Of a stretch of 64,000 bases of DNA, positions 30,099 through 39,249 are shown one piece after another. Numbering within the stretch: position 1 is the stretch's first letter; each line of letters starts with the position of its first letter. This DNA is from Candidatus Daviesbacteria bacterium. Lineage in GTDB: Bacteria > Patescibacteriota > Microgenomatia > Daviesbacterales > UBA10151. The stretch spans positions 99,637 through 163,636 of the forward strand of contig JACPKM010000004.1 of the NCBI GenBank assembly GCA_016187025.1, in the 5' to 3' direction. The translations under genes were made by a program, and so were the position numbers. The notes under the pieces are model-generated. The model had not been told where the DNA came from and ran no database searches. It saw nothing but the letters and a program-made list of their open reading frames with translations.

Positions 30099-30742
30099 TA
30101 GTTAACCTTTGGAGCCAATGTTTTCTGGGTAAAAATTCTAAGATATCCTGCAGGGACATGTTCTTCGGACGTACACTTATCGCTGACATAAGTCCACAGA
30201 GTTCCCTGATCCATATCAACTAATCCTTTATCAGTTTTACAAGCAGAGAATACCTCAGCAGATTTAGATTTGCACTCACCTCCTGCGTTTGTGGAATTAT
30301 CAACATAGACTGAGAAACAATTTCCCTCTCCCGAAATAATCACTCCGTTACCTTTCTCGGAAAACTCTTTTTCTTCCCGACCTTTGACAATATAGGTTAC
30401 GGTATTATTATCTTTTTGATCACGGAATGTATAGTCCAAACTTATGACATTAAAAAAATATCCTACAGGATCGTATTTAACAACCTGGTTTTTAAAAGCA
30501 TAAGTACCCTCAATGTTTGGAGGGTTTGTTCCGGTATAGATATTCATGCCATTATCATCTAATTTTTGTAAGTTTTCCTCACTTAGGAAAGACTTAACCT
30601 CGGATGGAACTTTAGTCAAATCGACTGTTTGTTTGTGGGGGGTAGTGTTTTCTTGAATTTTTTTCTGGAATCTATACTCAATGACGCGAGAGACTGCACT
30701 TAGGATTATGGCCACTCCTACTACAGAGACAACAATCTTCAT
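30098..30742 (-). CDS. Cys-rich secreted/anchored hypothetical protein
   Basis: Signal-anchor MKIVVSVVGVAIIL. Start taken at the internal Met to leave a plausible divergent promoter gap. Confidence 0.4.
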   Translation of the reverse strand: MKIVVSVVGVAIILSAVSRVIEYRFQKKIQENTTPHKQTVDLTKVPSEVKSFLSEENLQKLDDNGMNIYTGTNPPNIEGTYAFKNQVVKYDPVGYFFNVISLDYTFRDQKDNNTVTYIVKGREEKEFSEKGNGVIISGEGNCFSVYVDNSTNAGGECKSKSAEVFSACKTDKGLVDMDQGTLWTYVSDKCTSEEHVPAGYLRIFTQKTLAPKVN

Positions 30743-30882
30743 TGGCAGTGATAATGCCCGGAAGGTTTTTATGGCATTAAAAACAAGCTTTTGTATGTTC
30801 ACTGATTTCAGTATTCTATATCCAGAATAGTTTGTCAAATTATTTGACTTATCATTTTTATCAGTGATATTCTGGTGTCAGA

Positions 30883-32097
30883 GTGAAAAAATTCCTCCTG
30901 CCCATATTGCTTATTTTTTTAACCCTGCTTTTTTTACCTTTGACGGTTAGAGCGCAAACAAACGTTGATTGTCATAGTCCCTTTGATAAGGAACTTCAAA
31001 AATGTTTGGTAGAATCAACGGAATGTATTAATTCTTGTGTCGATAAGGCCAGGGCAGCCATGAGCCTTACGGTAGATGGGGGTAAAGTTAACCTTGAGTG
31101 TCGAAAAAATGTCTGTGAGCCGGCTTCGAAGGCTTGTAATGATCAGGCTACGGCAAACTTTAGAGCCTGTCAGGATGCGCGAAAAGCTAAGGAAAAGTCA
31201 GTCCCGGAAGCCAATAAAGAAACTCCAAACCCTGTCTTTATCGGCGAATGGTTTTCCAGATTTTCTAAAGCGATTGATGGTTTAATAGTTTTGCCGGGTG
31301 CCTTTGATGCTGTTTTGGATAACAAATTTTATATTGCTCCGGATGTACCGGATCTTTCAGAGCTTAGTTTGGAAGAGATGTTCCAGGGACATTGGTATCC
31401 AAATAAAGATGAAGAGGAGTCATATAGAGCACCAAATTTGACTACTGAAGACGAACAAAAGGCCTGGGCGTTTTTGCCAAACTATATCCCGGGTGAGGAA
31501 AATATAACTGTTATTAAAGGGCAAGGTGAGATAAAAATGCCGACTTCAAGTGATTTTATTCCGATAACGTCTAAAGGTGGTGATACTTTACAAGTTACCT
31601 ACCTTGATTCAACTTTGAGGCCTACTTCAGATATGGTTCAGCTTGGGTACACCTGGTCTGCTGACTCCGGGTCAGTAATTAATGTCCCCAAATGGTCAGA
31701 GATTAAATTTCAAGAATCGGTGGAGGTTAAAGGATTTACTTCACATGCGGTGAAATTAGAGCAAGGGGAAATAGAGGTAAAGGTAAAAAATAACAAACCT
31801 GCTGAAAATCAATTTGGTGTAGATGCAGGTTGGTTGGGCGTGACAGTTAGCAGAACGCATTTTTGGATCAGTCAAAGCCAGAATAAAAGGTTAGCAGTTA
31901 TAGGTGTTTATGAAGGAGAGGTGGAAGTGAACACCCGGGATGGACAAACAATTAAGGTTAGTCCGGACGGAGGTAAACCGGGGGTGGTTGTAGTTTCCCG
32001 ACAACTTTCAGTTTTTAAACTTGCTATTGCTGGTGTGATACTGGCAGTGATTGTAGGTGGGATATTTTGGGTTGTTAAAAGAAAAAAGAGAAGATGA
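30883..32097 (+). CDS. Secreted Cys-rich hypothetical protein with a C-terminal TM anchor and KRKKRR tail
   Basis: Signal peptide MKKFLLPILLIFLTLLFLPLTVRAQ and a C-terminal hydrophobic segment followed by a basic tail. Confidence 0.5.
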   Translation: MKKFLLPILLIFLTLLFLPLTVRAQTNVDCHSPFDKELQKCLVESTECINSCVDKARAAMSLTVDGGKVNLECRKNVCEPASKACNDQATANFRACQDARKAKEKSVPEANKETPNPVFIGEWFSRFSKAIDGLIVLPGAFDAVLDNKFYIAPDVPDLSELSLEEMFQGHWYPNKDEEESYRAPNLTTEDEQKAWAFLPNYIPGEENITVIKGQGEIKMPTSSDFIPITSKGGDTLQVTYLDSTLRPTSDMVQLGYTWSADSGSVINVPKWSEIKFQESVEVKGFTSHAVKLEQGEIEVKVKNNKPAENQFGVDAGWLGVTVSRTHFWISQSQNKRLAVIGVYEGEVEVNTRDGQTIKVSPDGGKPGVVVVSRQLSVFKLAIAGVILAVIVGGIFWVVKRKKRR

Positions 32098-32585
32098 GTT
32101 CTACACAATTTTGGGTAGGAATGCTGGTACCGCCATTTATTAAATGGGCAAACCCATACCTTAAAAAATTTTTCAAACTTACTGAATTTGACGAAGAAAC
32201 AAAGAAAAGGGTTTCTATCAAAACATATCCTTTTTATTTTAGCTTCTTATATGGGTTTTGGATTATGTCGCTGCTTAGCACGGGATTTATAGCACTTATC
32301 TGGTTCATAATTTCTGGCCCGGCTATTTTTCCGGATAAAAGTTATGCAATCCCGGTCTTTCTGGGGCTAATAAATATGATCGGAGTATGGTTTATTTTTG
32401 GGGCAATTTTGGACGCACTATTTTGGCAACTATCCCCGGAAAATTTTCGGGATTATGTAAGATTGCGGCAACTCAAATTAGGATGGGGATATGATATAAG
32501 CCAGCAAATAGCTACCTTATTTAAAATTGGGACAGTTTACTATCTGCTTTTCTTGCCAGTTATATTATACTTGCTGCTGAGTTAA
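32094..32585 (+). CDS. Membrane protein, unknown function
   Basis: Four predicted TM helices, with a 4-bp overlap with the upstream gene. Confidence 0.45.
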   Translation: MSSTQFWVGMLVPPFIKWANPYLKKFFKLTEFDEETKKRVSIKTYPFYFSFLYGFWIMSLLSTGFIALIWFIISGPAIFPDKSYAIPVFLGLINMIGVWFIFGAILDALFWQLSPENFRDYVRLRQLKLGWGYDISQQIATLFKIGTVYYLLFLPVILYLLLS

Positions 32586-32641
32586 GCAGAAGAATCTAAC
32601 TATTGTCAATATTACTGTTTTGGTTTAATCTTAATATTAGT

Positions 32642-33289
32642 ATGTCTGTCCGACAACAGCAGGGAATAGCGCCAATTGTACTCATCATAATAATTTGTTT
32701 TGGTTTTTTTAGTTTCCTGCTTTTTAAAAATTATTCTAAATTCAACCTTAATATTTGGAAACAAGCTCCATCCCAAACTTCTTCTCCATCCGGTACACCA
32801 GCCGCTACCCAGCAGAAATTATCCTTAAAGGAGCTTTGCATCGCTGAGATTAATAGTGTGCCCAAATTACCCTTCCGTTATCAAAGTGAAGATAAGGCAA
32901 CTGGGACATTACGGCCTACTTTTAAAAAGGAAAGATTTGAAGGTGCCAAAAATACAGCTTCCTGTTATATAGGTTTTATGTTTAATCGGGTAATAGAACA
33001 GGCTTATGCTGACATGGGGATTCAATATTACGAAAAGGGCCTCAATGGCACTAAATTCATTAAACCAGGTGCTCCTGAAGCATTCGAGAAAGCAGTAGAT
33101 AACGCATTTGATGCTAGCTTGAAAAAAGCGGGATGGAATAGGATAACCCAGTATGGGGAAAAAAGCAAACTGCTGCCGGTTATACTACTTTCTAAACAGA
33201 AAGATGGGAAAGAGTATTTTCTTGAGGTAACACATTCAGGGTACAGCGGTGTAGCAACTTCATACATTATTACGGTTGTTGAAAAATAA
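32642..33289 (+). CDS. Hypothetical exported protein with a QQQGIAP-hydrophobic N-terminus
   Basis: It shares its N-terminal motif, and a DNA-level ATG-YCTGTCCG start, with the genes at 35501 and 34800(-). Confidence 0.45.
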   Translation: MSVRQQQGIAPIVLIIIICFGFFSFLLFKNYSKFNLNIWKQAPSQTSSPSGTPAATQQKLSLKELCIAEINSVPKLPFRYQSEDKATGTLRPTFKKERFEGAKNTASCYIGFMFNRVIEQAYADMGIQYYEKGLNGTKFIKPGAPEAFEKAVDNAFDASLKKAGWNRITQYGEKSKLLPVILLSKQKDGKEYFLEVTHSGYSGVATSYIITVVEK

Positions 33290-33312
33290 TTTTATTCTGG
33301 ACAATATCCCCC

Positions 33313-33350
33313 AAAAGTCCCTATTGTACTAAGCACTAGTCGAAGTATAA
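33313..33350 (+). repeat. 38-bp conserved motif, copy 2
   Basis: Matches 26464-26501. It lies between the convergent 3' ends of two genes. Confidence 0.8.
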
Positions 33351-33427
33351 GAGACCCTTTTAAAAGTTTAAGCATAAAACTGAAGTTTGATGAAATCCAG
33401 CCAGTTTTTTTGCCATGTCTTCATGTA

Positions 33428-34123
33428 TTAGAACTTTGGGGCATTTGCGTCTTTGTAGAAATAATCACAAAGGTCATAGTTTGAAAGCGTTTCACCGGTT
33501 TTAATTTCTGCTTTTCTTAAAACACGTTGTTTTTCATCCCCACAGGTTTCCTCCTTACCAGTTGGGCAAACCGTGCTGGAATAACCAATAAAATTCTCTG
33601 TTACGAAGTATCTTAAATAATAATCTCCTTCTTCCAGTTCAAAGGCATAAGGCTGTGGCTTCGTGGCTAAACTGCCTTTATAATTTTGGACAAAAATTTT
33701 TCCGTCTGATAGTCTTTTTGCTTCAATTTTCCCTTCAGGTAAAACCTCAGATGGGTAACAAAGCTTTCCTGTCACAGTTCCAGTCTGGTTTTGTTTAACT
33801 TCAAATTCAGGTGTGACTTCACCGCTTTTGATACTTACCCGATACCAGTTATGTGTGGCTGTGTGACCATCTTTTATTTCGTAAGTATGAACATTATATT
33901 CCCCCATAATCTCGTTATCTACCTCAATGATTGCATTGGGTACATTTTTTAGATATTCCTGCACCTCAGGCAATTGCTTAACATTTTCTATAGCTTGGTT
34001 TTCTGTTATTCCATTGGTAGAGGGGATAAATTTCTCAGGGATAATTTCTTCCAACGGGGTATTTTTAAAATACAAAAATCCGCCTGTTATCAAAACTATA
34101 AATACTAAAATAATAATTTTCAT
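33428..34123 (-). CDS. Secreted hypothetical protein
   Basis: Signal-anchor MKIIILVFIVLITGGFLYF and C-terminal cysteines. Confidence 0.45.
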   Translation of the reverse strand: MKIIILVFIVLITGGFLYFKNTPLEEIIPEKFIPSTNGITENQAIENVKQLPEVQEYLKNVPNAIIEVDNEIMGEYNVHTYEIKDGHTATHNWYRVSIKSGEVTPEFEVKQNQTGTVTGKLCYPSEVLPEGKIEAKRLSDGKIFVQNYKGSLATKPQPYAFELEEGDYYLRYFVTENFIGYSSTVCPTGKEETCGDEKQRVLRKAEIKTGETLSNYDLCDYFYKDANAPKF

Positions 34124-34542
34124 CTAAAATATTTTTTCAATAAATTTGCATCTTTGTTAATGTATGCAAGACCAAAAACATTGCCGATTAAAACAAGAAA
34201 AACTGCTGCAACGGCTGGCAGGCTGACAACTTGATAGCCCAGATTATCACTTAACCTTATCATCTCTACAAAAATTAAGACAGAGTTTATAAAATTTAAA
34301 ATGACAACTAAAGTATTAAAGGATTTACCGGATAGTAAAAGTAAAATTTGAATAAAAGATACTGCCGGAAATAGCTTTGAACCAACAAAAAACCCCAATA
34401 AAATTTGGGCACAAAGCAAACCTAGAAATATAAGTTTTAGCTGCTGCTTGGTTTCTTTTTTCTGGCTTGAAGCAATCCTCAAAACAAAAGGGGAAATTAT
34501 CAAAACAGCAGCGAAGATAATTACATAAGTAAGATCAATCAT
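34120..34542 (-). CDS. Small polytopic membrane protein
   Basis: Four TM helices and a 4-bp overlap with its neighbours, suggesting an operon. Confidence 0.4.
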   Translation of the reverse strand: MIDLTYVIIFAAVLIISPFVLRIASSQKKETKQQLKLIFLGLLCAQILLGFFVGSKLFPAVSFIQILLLLSGKSFNTLVVILNFINSVLIFVEMIRLSDNLGYQVVSLPAVAAVFLVLIGNVFGLAYINKDANLLKKYFR

Positions 34543-34787
34543 TTCTTACCTGTTAACTTATTAGTAATAAGTCCTCCAACGGTTTTACCCCAAAGTTTTT
34601 TAGCTCCCCAAAAGTAAACCACCAATAATACGATCCATAGAATTAATCCTGTATCTTTTAATTGAAGACTGAGTCCTGTACTACTAAGACTTTTACCCGT
34701 CATAATTTGGGTGGTTAAAATTGCAGTTCCTAAAACACCAAGTAAGATATTAAAAATAACAGTTAATACTGTTCCCAAATTTATCAC
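34539..34787 (-). CDS. Small membrane protein (82 aa)
   Basis: Two TM helices. Confidence 0.35.
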   Translation of the reverse strand: MINLGTVLTVIFNILLGVLGTAILTTQIMTGKSLSSTGLSLQLKDTGLILWIVLLVVYFWGAKKLWGKTVGGLITNKLTGKK

Positions 34788-34799
34788 CCCCTTCTTTAC

Positions 34800-35435
34800 T
34801 TAATTGATTGAAAAAGATTTAATGATTTCTGAAGTGATGGGTTGGTTAATTTCTTTAGTGATTTGAGTGTAAGCTCTATGTAACCGCATGCCTCTGCCGT
34901 TTTCTGCTACCTTAAATCTTTCCTCAAATAATATTTTCTTCTCTGTTGGAGGTTCTTTTCCTTCATCAAGATATTCTCCCTCTGCAAGATATCCACTGGT
35001 ATCTCCTTCAGTTTTTATATTAGAGCTAGCTACTTTTATATTGGTATCTTTCTTGAGTTTTTCCTCCATAAGTTGAGCAACTTTCTCTGTTTCTCCTGCA
35101 GCCAGTCTTGAACCGCCAATTGCTTCAATGATTACAAAAGCAGTTTTATCTGAAGCTGTGACTTTAATGATTCTGGAATTTTGCCCGGAGGAATTTTCTA
35201 CAGTCCACCCTTCAGGGTGTTTAATTGAATAGCCGCGTTCTTCGTTTTTATAAGTTTTCCATTGGGTAGTAGGTTTAGGTGTATCAGTATTATCTTGTTT
35301 ACTCTCTTGTGTTTGAGTGTTTTTCTGGGAGTTATTGGAGTTTTGGGAAATAAAATAAATTACGCCAATAACAATTACTGCAATAATGGCAATTGCAAGA
35401 GGCGGTACAGCTCCTTTTTGGTCAAGTTTGGGCAT
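34800..35435 (-). CDS. Hypothetical exported protein with a DQKGAVPP-hydrophobic N-terminus
   Basis: Start taken at the internal Met (MPKLDQKGAVPPLAIAIIAVIV). Confidence 0.45.
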   Translation of the reverse strand: MPKLDQKGAVPPLAIAIIAVIVIGVIYFISQNSNNSQKNTQTQESKQDNTDTPKPTTQWKTYKNEERGYSIKHPEGWTVENSSGQNSRIIKVTASDKTAFVIIEAIGGSRLAAGETEKVAQLMEEKLKKDTNIKVASSNIKTEGDTSGYLAEGEYLDEGKEPPTEKKILFEERFKVAENGRGMRLHRAYTQITKEINQPITSEIIKSFSIN

Positions 35436-35500
35436 TGACTTAACATTAAAGTAAAAATCATACCTTGTCAAATCCACTAAATTTATATACAGTTTAAGTA

Positions 35501-36286
35501 ATGCCTGTCCGTTTAAATCAAAAAGGAATAGCTCCGGTTGTCATAATACTCATCTTGGCTGTAACTGTCATTGGGGGTTTTGGTGTTTATAAATCAAGTA
35601 AAAAAATAAGCATCAGGGAGGATAAAACAACCGAAACAACAGGGGGTAATCTATATCCAAAAACTCCAAGCTCTAATACAATAAATTTGGCAAATAGCGG
35701 GAGTTTGGCTGCTAAAGCTGTTGAAGTTAGTGTTGATGAAAAATCACCCGAGGCTCCTAGGTTTTCTATTAAGCCTCCTGCAGGTTGGGACAGCTTGAGC
35801 GCAAATGGGAGCATAGTCATAGAATTTCTCTCTCCTGCCAAAGATACAATAGAAGAGGGTTTAGCTTATTTTGATATTCAGCCTAATATCACTGTTTTTG
35901 TTGCTAAAGGGGATTACGAGAGCTTGGATGAGGCAAGTAATGCTTTTGGAAGTAAAACCAGTGAAAATATCAGCAAACAAAAAACCACTATAAATGGGCA
36001 GGAAGCAATAGTAACGGAATCAACAAAAGATGTTTCTGGTTTATTAAGAGATACGCTTGAGCCTCAGATTAAGCAGGAACTTACTAAAGCGGCCACCAAA
36101 ATTTCAGAAAAGGATTTGCATAATGATGTAGAGAAACTTTTAAAACAGGCAAAAGCAAAGGTCATAAGTTACTCATTTTACAAAGATGGATATTATATTA
36201 ATGTTGCGGGTAAAGCCTTAGAAATTTTTTGGGATAAACGTGAGGTGCAGCTTAAAAAATCAATGGATACTTTTAAGTTAGAATGA
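35501..36286 (+). CDS. Hypothetical exported protein with an NQKGIAPVV-hydrophobic N-terminus
   Basis: MPVRLNQKGIAPVVIILILAVTVIGG, followed by a soluble domain. Confidence 0.5.
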   Translation: MPVRLNQKGIAPVVIILILAVTVIGGFGVYKSSKKISIREDKTTETTGGNLYPKTPSSNTINLANSGSLAAKAVEVSVDEKSPEAPRFSIKPPAGWDSLSANGSIVIEFLSPAKDTIEEGLAYFDIQPNITVFVAKGDYESLDEASNAFGSKTSENISKQKTTINGQEAIVTESTKDVSGLLRDTLEPQIKQELTKAATKISEKDLHNDVEKLLKQAKAKVISYSFYKDGYYINVAGKALEIFWDKREVQLKKSMDTFKLE

Positions 36287-36290
36287 TTTT

Positions 36291-36368
36291 ATAAAATGGG
36301 AGGCGTTGCATATAATACGCAGTCATATGTTCGTTTCTCCCCAGTGATAAATGCATTTTATCATAAGC
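36291..36368 (+). repeat. ~80-nt structured repeat, copy A (GGGAGGCG...hairpin...CGTTTCTCCC, then TGATAAAT...ATTTTATCA)
   Basis: About 85% identical to 41679-41757. It contains a GGGAG/CTCCC outer stem and an internal hairpin. Confidence 0.8.
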
Positions 36369-36900
36369 TTCAGCAATTACTGCTTCAAAGGATGGGGAGA
36401 ATTATGAAGCATTAGTATTTATTGATGGTTTACAAAAAAGTGAGGTTAAGAAAGTAGCCACTGGTTTGAGAAGAATAGGAGTACATACAGAAAAAGTCCG
36501 TGGACTTAGAGATGAAAGTGATGAGTTTATAAGGTTAATGGATGCAATTGCAGGACTAATTAGAGAAAATGAGGAAGGCATACAATATGCAAAAAAACTT
36601 TACAAACTAGGTTTAGAGAATAAAACGCTTATTACTGTTTAAAACCAAAGAAAAACCCACATAGCTTTCGCCAGAGGTGGGAACAACCTAGTTCTTTCGA
36701 ACACCCGCCAATACTGGTAGTATTCGGTTGCGATTTAGCTGAATTTTACCATATTTCATTTATAACGCAAATTTATGTGTGAGTGAGCTGACCACATAGG
36801 TAACATCTGATGCAAAATATTGTAGCAAGGGATGAGTTTGGAGGAATTCTACATTCAAAGCCTCCTCGATTTACAATTTAATTGGTATACTGTCAGTATT

Positions 36901-37401
36901 ATGGTTATCTTAGGTATTGATCCTGGAATTGGTAAGGTAGGATGGGGAGTAATTAAAGATGAATCTGGTAAACAGCAGGCTTTGGAATATGGTTGTTTTG
37001 AGACGCCGTCAAAGATGGATCTAGATGAGCGCCTGGCCAAGATTTATGACTTTACACTTAAGCTCATTGAAAAATTCACCCCGGAGGTATTAGCTATTGA
37101 ACAGTTATATTTCGCTGCTAATTCCAAAACCGCCTTAGTAGTTGGACAAGCCAGAGGAGTCATACTTCTGGCAGCTTCAAAGTCTAATCTTCCCACTGCC
37201 TCATATACCCCTCTTCAGGTAAAACAGGCTTTAACAGGTTATGGACAAGCTTCTAAAAATCAGGTTCAAAGCATGGTGGGGGTAGTCCTACATCTGCCTA
37301 AGAAGGTAACTCAGGATGATGCAGCAGATGCTTTAGCTATTGCCATAACTCATGCTTTCTCATATAAACTACGTAAGATCTCTGAATATAAATTAAAATA
37401 A
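36901..37401 (+). CDS. ruvC: Holliday junction resolvase RuvC
   Basis: MVILGIDPGIGKVGWGVI N-terminus and catalytic acidic residues. Confidence 0.88.
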   Translation: MVILGIDPGIGKVGWGVIKDESGKQQALEYGCFETPSKMDLDERLAKIYDFTLKLIEKFTPEVLAIEQLYFAANSKTALVVGQARGVILLAASKSNLPTASYTPLQVKQALTGYGQASKNQVQSMVGVVLHLPKKVTQDDAADALAIAITHAFSYKLRKISEYKLK

Positions 37402-37402
37402 A

Positions 37403-37984
37403 ATGATTGGATTTTTATCTGGCAGTATACATTCAAAATCTAATGAGCAAATTATTCTACTTACCGGTGGAGTAGGCTATTTAGTAACTATTCCTCCAAA
37501 TTATCTAAGTCTACTTAAAGTATCTGTACCTGCTGAACTGTTTATCTATACTCATGTCAGGGAGGATACTCTTGACTTATATGGATTCCTTACTGCTGAT
37601 GAACTGAAACTGTTTAAACTGGTATTAACTGTCTCCGGAGTAGGCCCTAAAACCGCACTACTAGTGATTGATAAAGGAGTAGGAAAGGTTGAAGGAGCTA
37701 TTAAAAATGCTGATACTGACTTTTTTACAACAGTCCCCAGACTGGGGCATAAAAACGCCCAAAAGATTATCATTGAGCTTAAAAACAAACTGGGAGGGTT
37801 AAAAGAGCTGGATCTAACTTCAGAGAGTGAAGAAAGTACGGAGGCTATTGAGGCTTTACGTAACTTAGGATATACCAGACAGGAAGCAACACAATCAATT
37901 CAAGCCGTACCGGCATCTGAGAAAACCCTTGAACAAAAAATAAGTTATGCGTTGCGTCAATTAGGTAAGGCTAAATCAAAATAG
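37403..37984 (+). CDS. ruvA: Holliday junction branch migration protein RuvA
   Basis: MIGFLSGS N-terminus and HhH SGVGPKTAL. Confidence 0.88.
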   Translation: MIGFLSGSIHSKSNEQIILLTGGVGYLVTIPPNYLSLLKVSVPAELFIYTHVREDTLDLYGFLTADELKLFKLVLTVSGVGPKTALLVIDKGVGKVEGAIKNADTDFFTTVPRLGHKNAQKIIIELKNKLGGLKELDLTSESEESTEAIEALRNLGYTRQEATQSIQAVPASEKTLEQKISYALRQLGKAKSK

Positions 37985-37990
37985 TTGTGA

Positions 37991-38263
37991 TTATTTAAAC
38001 TGAATTTGAAGAGTGGTATTAAGGGCTGTTGCTAAACGTTTCAGAAAAGAAATAGATGGTGTAGTGTTTGCTCCTTCGAGACGTGAAATCGCTGATTGTC
38101 CGGTATGCAATTTATCTGCAAGTTGCTTTTGAGTAAGACCATTTTCGATACGGGCACGGATTACTGTTTTGGCAATCTCGAACTCAACCCGGGTTTCATC
38201 ATAGAGTTTTTTAAACTCAGGATTTTTTAGTAATTTTTGTTTGTGTTTTTCAAAATCATCCAT
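37991..38263 (-). CDS. XRE-family HTH protein (HigA-like antitoxin)
   Basis: HTH LTQKQLADKLHTGQSAISRLE, located immediately downstream of the toxin-like gene. Confidence 0.7.
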   Translation of the reverse strand: MDDFEKHKQKLLKNPEFKKLYDETRVEFEIAKTVIRARIENGLTQKQLADKLHTGQSAISRLEGANTTPSISFLKRLATALNTTLQIQFK

Positions 38264-38301
38264 GGTATAATATTATCACAAAATTGTAATATTGCAAGGT
38301 A

Positions 38302-38646
38302 TCAATTTTGATCTTTTGACTGATACTCAACCAATCTTTTTAGCGCAATATTTATTTCCTTTTTATCGGTTTTCTGCTTTTTCTTTTGAAATCCATAAAG
38401 GAAGAGAAAAACTTTACCTGTATGGGTAACATAGAAAATACGGATACTGTCCTGTCCTACAATCCGGAGTTCCCATAAAGTTGTTCCTACTACTTTCTTT
38501 ACGTGGGGCAGACTCAAACTAATTCCATATTCTTTAAGTAAACCAATTGTATCGAAAACCTTAATTTGCGCTTTTACCTCTAATTCGTCAATAAATTCCT
38601 CAACAGGAGAGTTTTTACTTGTGGTTTTGTAATATTCAATTTTCCA
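38302..38646 (-). pseudogene. HigB/RelE-like (Gp49-type) toxin gene, apparently frameshifted near the start
   Basis: Translation gives W-KIEYY...PVEEFIDEL...GTTLWELRIVGQDSIRIFY...GFQKKKQKTDKKEI, a Gp49/HigB-like pattern. The only upstream ATG is out of frame by +1 (ATGGAAAATTGA); the first in-frame start is a TTG at 38517. Confidence 0.5.
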
Positions 38647-38708
38647 TTAATCAATATTTAGTTTAAAAAAAAGACTATAATTAAGAAGGTAAAAATGAAT
38701 AAGTAGGA

Positions 38709-39221
38709 GTGTTAGTGAAATTATATAGATTCAGCCCTATTAAAACTAAAGATGAGTTGTTTGAAGCTATTAAGCACATTCATCTTGAGTCATACAAGCT
38801 TTGCAAACAATCATTTGGTCACTATCTACCAAATGCTGGAAATATGGGAGTATTTTGTCACTATAATGACGAATTTGAGTTTCTCATAAACCTTGGAAAA
38901 GAATTAACTGACCTCTCTGATAGTGTTTATCAAAAGTATTTCCGGTTACATAAGCCAATTATTATTTCACCTCAAGGTGATATTCCGGAAACTACCTATA
39001 CTTACCTATATATAAGAAAACCGGATCCATATCGCTCTCACGCTGGTGATGCGGATTTTTATTTGGAACTGGAAAAATATGCCGAGCTTAAGCAAGCTAT
39101 GTTAAATGGCAAGAAAATAACAGGCGCCAGAGTATTAGAGAGAGCTGACCCGGATATGATTGAGCTATATGATCCTGATATAGATGTTTTAGCCTATGTG
39201 AGTACAAAAAAAATGACGTAA
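38709..39221 (+). CDS. Hypothetical protein (170 aa) inserted between ruvA and ruvB
   Basis: ORF with a GTG start after AGGAG; no recognisable motif. Confidence 0.45.
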   Translation: MLVKLYRFSPIKTKDELFEAIKHIHLESYKLCKQSFGHYLPNAGNMGVFCHYNDEFEFLINLGKELTDLSDSVYQKYFRLHKPIIISPQGDIPETTYTYLYIRKPDPYRSHAGDADFYLELEKYAELKQAMLNGKKITGARVLERADPDMIELYDPDIDVLAYVSTKKMT

Positions 39222-39249
39222 ACAGTTAGAATATCAAGAATTTTAAAAT

